Source of the DNA: Eledone cirrhosa
Taxonomy: Eukaryota
Assembly: GCA_964016885.1 (NCBI GenBank)
Contig: OZ024744.1
Coordinates: forward strand, 73,098,001-73,162,000
Direction: 5' to 3'
DNA length: 64,000 nucleotides
Below, piece by piece: positions 55,215-64,000 of this stretch; the first letter of the stretch is position 1; every line of letters starts with the position of its first letter. The notes beneath the pieces were generated by a model that was given only the letters and a program-made list of their open reading frames with translations, had not been told where the DNA came from and searched no databases. Both the position numbers and the translations under genes were made by a program.

Positions 55215-56750
55215 ATATCTCCCTGGAGCACTCTAGCCAGTATCTCAAAGAACTCCGTCATCTCATCAGATGTAATGACTTTAGTGTTGGTATAGAGCAG
55301 TGATATCAGATCCACTATCTTCTTGGGGATTCCATAAGCCTGTAAGATCTTCATCAGGCAGATCCACAGATTCAAAGGCCTTCCTAAAGTCAATGAAAAC
55401 CATTACAGCAGGAAAACTCTATGCTCTAGCTCCCTCTAATATCCTCCTCAGTATCAGGATGTGACTGGTAGTTGATCTTCCCTCTCTGAAGTGATTCTGG
55501 TTGTCCCTGAGCTTCTCCATTTTGGGCTGGATCTTATTAAGAATCATCCTGTGGAGGGTCTTTGCCACAAGTGATGTCAGTGAGATCCCCCTGTAGTTGT
55601 TGGTGTTAGAGGGATCTCCCTTCTTTGCACTGGCACGATGTTACTTATCCTCCACTGATTCGGGGCAACTTCTTTCTCCAGTGCCTGGTTACAGAACTCC
55701 AGCATGATATCATCAAAATCACACCTCTTCATCACCTCTGATGCCACTCCATCTTCTCCATGGGCCTTGCCCTCCTTGATCTTCTTCTTGGCTCTCTGAA
55801 GCTCTTCTCTGGTGAAGGGTCCTGTCACAATATCCAGTTCCTCAAACAGCCACCTGATCTCCCCAGTGTTCTGGGCTGTGGAGGGCGGCTCTCTTAATAG
55901 GGTCTTAAAATAATCCAGCCATTTCCTTGGGCCCTGTTCCCTGGATCTGGCTCGAAACCCCTCTCATCTTCTCTGTGATCACATTGATGATCATCCAGCT
56001 TCCTTTACACCCAGACCTGTCAACCGCTCTCTCCACACTTCTGATCTTCTCTATCAGTGCCTCCTCTCTGGCCTCAGCATAAGCAGTACAGAGTTCTTCC
56101 TTCATTACCTCTATATTCTCCTTCCTCTCCTCTGTAGGATCATCATCGAATTGGTCCTTGGCAGCTTTCAGGTGTTTTCTGGCTGCAAACACTTTTGGCT
56201 CTGCAGAGCTGATGTTCTTCAACTTCTCTCTCCTGCCACTGCATTGGCTCCCTACTTTTGTATCATTGCAGTGGAGTATTGTATGTGCCTTGTACTGTAG
56301 AAACACCAGGACTCTGGCTTTACTGTAACACTGGCTCAGAGCAGGAGAGTTAAGGTGAAAAAGATATCAGCTGCTGAATTTGCTGATGACATAGTTCTGG
56401 TGAAGGAGGCAGAGGATTTGGTGCAGGAGGTGGAGACTGTGTCGATGAGTATGTGGCTGAGAATGAATAAGATTATGATGAAGTATCTGGTAGAGAACAT
56501 TAAGAAGCCAGAGAAGATTATGAATTTAGGTGGAACATGCTCACCGACATCCAGCATTGACACTGTACTCAGTGCTCCTGTGTGAGCCCCTGCATGGACA
56601 CACCGGAAGAAGAAGACCGAGGTTAACATATGTTGATGCCCTAAGGACAGACACTGGTCTCTTGGAGACGTAGGACATGGCAGCTATAATGAGGGACAAA
56701 GACTGCTGGAGATAAATTGTCCATGGATCTCGGGAAGTTTACTCGCCCTA
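55215..56750. mobile_element. LINE with an inverted 5' part (55215-~56310 on -) and a 3' part (~56337-56750 on +)
   Basis: Minus part: PFTREEL...GKAHGEDG...NIVPV...LQAYGIP...VLQGD. Plus part: RSRR...EFADDI followed by the family 3' end. Confidence 0.85.
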
Positions 56751-57219
56751 GACATTACTCAATTTGTTTCGTAATCCCCAACTGTCCCTGTCTTTTTGTA
56801 TTGTCTCCTTTACGTGGGCCCTAGTGGCCAATAAAGAAATCATCATTATTATTATTGTCGACGAAAAGCAACTAGCCAATCTCTTCGGGAGAACTTTCGG
56901 GCCAGGACCCATGGACAACTTGAGAAGAGGCGTGCTCTCCCTGGGTGCCCTAGAAGCGCAGGGTGGTTCAGGATTGGTGGGGTACCCGAGTCACCACAGG
57001 GTCGCCCACCCCCTATCGGGGAATTTATTTTGTTATATTTATGCATAGTTTATTTTATATTTTTTATATCTTCATTGTTAAATTAGTCTTGTCATTGTGC
57101 ACTTTTACGCGACCTTATTGTAAACCCCCACTGTCCCTGTCTTTGTATTGTCCCCTACATGTCTGCCCTTGTGGCTAATAAATGAAATCATTATTATTAT
57201 TATTATTATTTACTTTCAG

Positions 57220-57297
57220 GCACACCTTATGACCCAGCAAGGGAACTGGAATACATTCAAAAACTGTGTTAAACAAGAGATGAAAGCTATGTGCTAA
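57220..57297 (+). CDS. MICU3: MICU3-like terminal coding exon (C-terminal helix)
   Basis: ttactttcag|GCA, phase 0. Translates AHLMTQQGNWNTFKNCVKQEMKAMC* (TAA 57295-57297), containing the FKxCxKxE motif of the MICU2/3 C-helix. Confidence 0.9.
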   Translation, partial: AHLMTQQGNWNTFKNCVKQEMKAMC

Positions 57298-57353
57298 AAC
57301 AACATTTAATATATTATCAACATCACTATATCTGCCCGAATTATTACTTACAA

Positions 57354-57359
57354 AATAAA
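57354..57359 (+). promoter_or_regulatory. candidate polyadenylation signal of the MICU3-like gene
   Basis: First AATAAA after the stop codon; the AT-rich context makes this weak evidence. Confidence 0.35.
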
Positions 57360-58744
57360 ACAAGACTACATAATTTTTACTAACATTTACTATTCCATAC
57401 ATTATATATCTTGAGTCTAATCATATAATTTCTCCTATATATTTAATGCATACTCTCTCTCTCTCTCTCTCACTCACACACACACATGAATCTACCAGTA
57501 GTTGTAACCGGTAGGTAGTTTCAGTTATGGACTGACCAATGGAAACATTGTTTCCCTGGTCTGAGCTCATGATCAACTCTATATATATATGTATGTATGT
57601 ATATATATATGAAGAGTGTATTTGCACATTAAAACCAAAAAACTCACTATCTTGAATAGAGATCTCTGTACAAGTTTATTATGACATAGTAAAATATAAA
57701 ATGAATTTAGGTACAGTAATGAGGTAAGAGAAACTATATAGATGTGTATATAAATTAACACTTTGCATATATAGACATATAAACATGTAAAATGTACATA
57801 TTCCCTATAAATTGCAAAAATGATAAACACCTTTAACCCTTTAGCATTTACATTACTCTATATTTACTACTGTATTTTCAGAGTAAAGGCTTTATCTCAC
57901 ATAATATCGAATATATGAGATTTTAATATTATTTATTTTGAGAAAAATACCTTAACATCAGTATGAGTGGCCAGTTTGAACAGAAAGAGGTGAGAGAATT
58001 CTGGCCTGATATGACCAATTTAAATGCTAAAGCGTTAAACGATTTTTGAATTTTGGGTTTTTTTTATGAAAAGATATGTACATCAGCTAAACAACTACAG
58101 AGAAATATGCAACTCAGTGGTTTACGTACCCTATTACTTATAGTAGTATCATATAGTAGAATATAATATTTTTATTTATCAATGTTGAAAATATTGTTTG
58201 CTGACTGGTGTGTCTTGGTTTCTTCTTTCAAGTGAAAAACTGCAAATATTTGATGTGGTCCATAAAAATGCCTATAAACTTCAAAATATTATGTAAAATA
58301 TAGACTGGCAAATACAGTATTAATAATTTAGAGTTAAAAAGCATGAAAAAAATATATATTGCCATGAAAAAAGCCTTTAAAAAATTGTGGAAGATATTTA
58401 CGATTCTGCAAATATGCAGTGGTTTACACAAACAATTTTAGTTAGGTTCTAAAGAAAATTCCATGAATAACCGAGACTATGAATGTTGAACTGCGAATAC
58501 TCGGGAGTACACTGTATATAAAATTGCACATACATTCATATACTGTTATATGTAGTGGACATAGTTAGATTAGATAGATTAACATAGCTATATGTTACTA
58601 GCAGAAAATATATAAATAGAAAGCGGGTAGAGTTATATATTCTAGGGATATTCTGACAAAATATTCAAGTTATTTGACAAATATTAGCGAGGATTGTGCC
58701 AGTTCAATAAATCTAACAGAAGAAATATATTATGAAAAAAATAG

Positions 58745-58799
<55 letters not shown>

Positions 58800-59117
58800 T
58801 CTTTGTAGCAAACCTGTTAATATAGAATAATAATTAGTGGTAAAGATGAAGATATCAGTATATATTATCATCAACATAGGTATGGTATCTAAAAGACTTA
58901 TTCACTTCTGTACCACTTGGCCTTAAAATGTTGTAAGTGTATAAGTACCAGTTAGTTCGAAATCAGTCACTGCATGAAATAAAACAACATAGTTCACTTG
59001 GTATTAACTGAACATATAGTTTACCAAATATTACCTCATTTATAGTAATACATATTTATTTGAAATTTCAGTACATATGTGCTTTGTTACTTAGCATGTG
59101 ACCCATATGCACTACCC

Positions 59118-59232
<115 letters not shown>

Positions 59233-60083
59233 TATGTATGTATGTATATAGTTAGATAGATAGATATGTCAGTGCTAGAGTGGAAGATAGACGTTAAATG
59301 ATGATGATGATGTATCCCGGGTTCGATCAGAGGTAACCACAGTAAGTAAGGTACTCAATACATAGAAGCCATTTTTATATTAAATATATATATATACACA
59401 CACATAGCATTTATTCTAAAGAAATCTGAAACAGGAAACTCAGAGTAGCAACCAAGTGAAGCCTTTAGCTTTCTCTAAATGGATAAACTTTATTGTATTT
59501 ACTTGGTACCTTTCATACAGATTTAGATAAACACCCATATGTATATATGTGTGTTTATATATATGTGCCTGGATGTATATGTAATCATATATAGACACAT
59601 TTCTATTCTTGTTTTAACAAATGAGATTGAGATTACGCTATATCTTGTAAAGTATGTATATTTTGTATGGAGCTGATGATTCCATCTTTACTCAGAGGCT
59701 TTCGCTTACTGCAACCCTTCAGTCAAGAATAGGAATTATTCTTTAAAAAATCACTGCAAATGAGAAACTCTGAGTTGCACTGGAATCAATCATGAGATTT
59801 GTGTGTGTATGCCTATATATATATATGTGTGTGTGTGTGTGCATGAGTGTGTGTATATATATATGGAGTCTGCGGTGCTGAAACTGAGGAGACCAGTGAT
59901 CATGTGAGTACTCAATACATGTGGTGATGTAGAGTGGGTATAGAGATATGTAAAATCCCCGATATATCGCAATATATATTATTAACAACAAATATTATTT
60001 TCACTCTAAAAATAATATATGAATCCTTCATTCAGTGCATGTTTAGTGCATTTTCTGCACAGACCTATAAAAAAAAAAGCATT

Positions 60084-60114
<31 letters not shown>

Positions 60115-60119
60115 GCTTT

Positions 60120-60152
<33 letters not shown>

Positions 60153-60580
60153 GTATACACACACATATATATATTAGGATTTCGCACCAGTATCCTGATC
60201 TGTTTTAAACTCTTTTAGATTTCCAAGGAAATGCTTCTTGTCACAAGATATTCCAGGATATTTAAAAAGTACACATAATATACTACACAATTCCATATAT
60301 ACATACAAAGACAAAGGCACCACTAATTTAAAACACAATCACATGCAAGTGTATATACATACACAACAATCTATTGACAAGACACTAAGTTGTTTGAAAT
60401 TTGTTGTATCAAAACAGAATCTTTTGATGCAGAAACGGACAGATTTTCAAATAACAGAAAATTATAAGATACATTTCATAGGAATCTACCTACATGGACA
60501 CACATACACATACATATATATATAAATGCATACATATATTTCCAAATACTTACACAAACGCATAGATATATACACACTCA

Positions 60581-60621
<41 letters not shown>

Positions 60622-61179
60622 ATATATGTATGTATACTATTTGAGCAATTTAAACGTTTTAGCACAAAACTTTCACTCTTTTTGAAAATCTTAAGAAATT
60701 GAGATTTTGTATTATGGTCTTTTGAACTCTGTATTCTTTTTACATATATATACACCAATGGCCAGCCAACACAGGCTGGAGATAGAATGTGAAGCGACAA
60801 AGGCGGTGTTCTAGCATGGCCTCAGCTGGATGGCTGGAACAGGTAAAAGAGTATATATATATAGTGAAAGAGTGAAGGTCAACAGTGCAAGAAGGGTTTT
60901 ATTTACTGTATTAACAATTGTTTCATTGATTGAGTTGTCTAAAAATTGCTAATCACTTGAAGTTGTGTCACTCAATTTTAAGTTTGTACTGTTGACCATG
61001 TCATTCTTCACTCTTTCACTATTATTACTCCAAGATTGCATAGGAATTCCTGAGAACTCACAAACTCACTACCTAAGGAAACCTCTTGTTGAGTCAAACA
61101 ACGCTGTACGCTAAAACTATCCACAATATGGAGTATTCACAACCTCTAACTGGATTACCTATAACGATATTTTGTTATC

Positions 61180-61221
<42 letters not shown>

Positions 61222-61624
61222 AAATAAAATACTTGGAACTCTTTTAACCATCTTTTGATCTTATATTATATATATATATATCTATATATATATATATATA
61301 CATATATAACACATCCATACATACAATATATGTGCGTCTGTGTGTGTTATGTTTTGTTTTACTCTTGTAATAGTACTGATATATTTTTTAATTCAATCTC
61401 TTGTGTTACAGCTGTAGCAGTACTTACCTGTAAATTCTCCTCTAAGCTTTTTTAGTTCTCATAGACTAAAAGCATCTCGCTTTTTTTTCTTTTTTTTTAC
61501 TTTTCTCTTTTCTCTTTTTTTTTGTATTATAAAAAAAAATCTTGACTGATATCTATGTCAACCATTAATTCAAACAATGATGATGGTTTGACAGAATCGG
61601 TAGAGTATTGAACAAAATGCCTTG

Positions 61625-61910
61625 TGAGAAATGAAGCAAGTATGTTCCGTTGGATGTGCGTGAATGACTAAGCATAGACGAGTTGAGAAAGAAACTGGGT
61701 ATAAGAGGGATAAGTTGTGGTGTGCAGGAGAGAAGGCCGAGATGGCCGCTGGGTAAAGAAGTGTCAAGAAATCCCAGTAGAAGGAAGACCACGAAAAACA
61801 TGGGCGGAGGTGGTGAGAGCAGACCTCAGATCGCTGAAACTCACCAAGGAGATATCGAAGGACTGTCACAAGTGGAGATATGCTGTGCTGAATAGGACCC
61901 ATCCCACCCT
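61625..61910 (+). mobile_element. RTE 3' fragment with internal deletions
   Basis: Matches 6590-6890 (KLGIRGI...VKKCQEIPVEG.RPRKTWAEVVRADL). Confidence 0.85.
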
Positions 61911-62963
61911 TTCATTCTTCTGAAACTGATAGCATAAAATTCACAACTTGTGAAAGTGAGAGTGGTCTATCTAATCAACGACACCCTTTCACAAAATTTA
62001 GGTGCTGTTTTGTACCCATGTTTAAAAATTTAATATAGACACACACACACATACGCATACATTTGTAAGGAATACATTTTACTTAATACCTGCATAAATA
62101 TCTGTGTTACTTTCCTTGTTTTGTGAAGTTATATTAACACTAATATATTTAAAACTAAATTAGAATTTAATTTTTCACTCTAACATAGTGGATTACATAG
62201 ATGTAAATATGGGTTATATATTGAATAATAATCAAATATTATTATTATTATTAAGGTTTGTGGGTTGGTAGTATCGGTAAAGAGTCAGACGCCATGCTTT
62301 GCGGTATAGAATTACGGCCTTTGCGGTCAAATCCCGCCGAAGTTAATTTTGCCATTCATAAAATAATTTTGCCTTTAATAAAATAAAGTACCAGTAATGC
62401 ACTGGGATAATTACTGGCCTTGTGCCAAAAGTAGAAACAATTATTTAAATTACGGCAGTATCGGTAGAGGGTCAGATGCCATGCTTTGCTACATAGCGTT
62501 ACGGCCCTTTTACAGTCTGAGTTCAAATCTCGCTGAGGTTAACTTTGACTTTCATCCTTACAGGGTCAATAAAATGTTGATGGCATCAACCACTTCATGG
62601 AGGATAAACGGAGATTTATTGACACAGGAACTTTCTCGCATCCTCAAGCCTTTATTGTCAGAAAATTTTTTTATTCTCCAAGCCAGCCAAATCAATAAAA
62701 TGTATTTTACCAATATACGTGGTAAACGGTGGAAACATTCGTGTTTTTCAACAGTAACTAGCAAAATGGTATGACTGCAACTGGGATGATGGTTATTAAA
62801 ATTGCTGGATATGGGAGATCTTTGAGACATGGCAGGCAGGAATACCGATTGAAACATAACATAAGAAGTAACTTGTTTCTCTGTAAGACCATGAATTACG
62901 GTGTTCTTGTGGTTATCTTCCCATATTTGAAGACGACACTTACTTTCAACCAGCAAGTCATTA

Positions 62964-63198
62964 TACGAGGGGGGGATCAAAAAGTTCACGGAATTTTTCC
63001 GAAAATAATCTATTTTTCAAAAAATATGAATTACCTTCAATTTATTTTTCTACATAGTTGCCATCCAGGTCAATACACTTCACAAGGCGATGCTTCCAGC
63101 TTTGTAAGCCATCTCTAAAGAAAGTTGAAGGCCTTGTTCAAAGCCTTGTGTTGGCAGTGTTTTTAGCTTCTTCAACACCACTAAAACGGGTTCCTTTT
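62964..63198 (-). mobile_element. mariner transposon 3' end
   Basis: TIR-like TACGAGGGGGGGATCAAAAAGTTC at 62964. The minus strand encodes KGTRFSGVEEAK...FFRDGLQSWKHRLVKCIDLDGNYVEK* (stop at 63042-44), a mariner transposase C-terminus. Confidence 0.85.
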
Positions 63199-64000
63199 AT
63201 GGTGACATCGTCCGCATATGCTGACACGGATCTTCCGCATCCTAGTTCGCGCGGGACCCTCCTCAACGTCTCCAGTTTGTGCAGTAACGGCTCGAGAGTC
63301 AATACGTACAAGAGGGACGAGAGGGGACATCCTTGGCAGACCAAGCGCATGATGTTGAACGGTTCCGAAAGGTGACCGTTCACTCTCACCACAGAGCAGA
63401 TGTCGCTGTGCATGGCAGCGATCCAGCCTCTGAAGACGGGCCCAAAGCCAGCCGCCCTCAGGACTGCCGCTAGGTAACGATGGTCGACCCTATCGAAAGC
63501 TTTCGACTGATCTAAATTGATCAAGGACCCACCCCTGCCAGGTTCCCTAGCTACCCTCTCTACGATGTATCACATGATGTGGAGGTTGTTGTGGATGGAT
63601 CTGTCGGGAATGGCGCATGTCTGCGCCTCTCCTACCAGACCACCAACGACAAGCGCCAACCTCTTTGCTAGCACCTTGGCCAAAATCTTGAACTCTGTGT
63701 TTAGAAGAGTTATGGGCCTGAAATTATCTATGTTATCCCCCTTGTTTGGATCCTTTTTCAGCAGCGCCACCGCTCCTCGGCTCACAGAGCTGGGAATTCT
63801 CCCGTTCTGTTGCCAGTTGCAGTAGACGTCCACCAAGAGGCCTCCGAACAAGTCTGGCATCTGTACGTAAAGTTCATAGGGCAGACCATCCAAACCAGGC
63901 GATTTACCCCTTGTGCAGCCAGTCATTTCCTCCCATACTTCAGCTGGTGTTATCAGCTTTTTGCAACACTCCGCCTCAGTGGCCGAGAGCCGCGGCAGTC
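63199..64000 (-). mobile_element. Tx1/L1-clade LINE reverse transcriptase fragment (runs off the window)
   Basis: GKSPGLDGLPYELY...NFRPITLLNTEFKILAKVLAKRL...LDQSKAFDRVDH...QGCPLSSLLY...YADDV; GC-rich relative to the flanks. Confidence 0.92.

Noticed and set aside
57283-57297. C-terminal prenylation (CaaX) signal
   Set aside because: The Cys is the last residue, not fourth from the end, and the protein family is mitochondrial.

Overview
AT-rich, repeat-saturated eukaryotic genomic DNA. The SINE/RTE/microsatellite make-up looks like a cephalopod (Octopus-like) genome; this is an inference, not a database result. One host gene is supported: the last four coding exons (+ strand; 28098-28275, 30134-30242, 51187-51344, 57220-57297) of a mitochondrial calcium uptake EF-hand protein of the MICU2/MICU3 family. 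These exons have canonical GT-AG introns, matching phases and a stop codon. No upstream exon was found, so bases 1-28097 are probably one large intron. The rest is transposon debris: RTE, CR1 and Tx1/L1 LINE fragments, several tRNA-derived SINE families, piggyBac-, hAT- and Tigger-like MITEs, Helitron-like elements, a mariner end, a Penelope-like endonuclease relic and many satellites. The most notable unannotated signal is a set of mutually unrelated minimal type-I hammerhead ribozyme motifs (CUGANGA...GAAA, short and mostly palindromic stem III, often followed by a poly(A) signal) dispersed through the window. Also notable are many fold-back hairpins, a permuted and inverted RTE-derived array, a twin-priming-like LINE inversion, SINE 3'-tail swapping, and a retroposon tail that appears to supply the last intron's branch point. 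All folds and alignments were done by eye; repeat boundaries are approximate.
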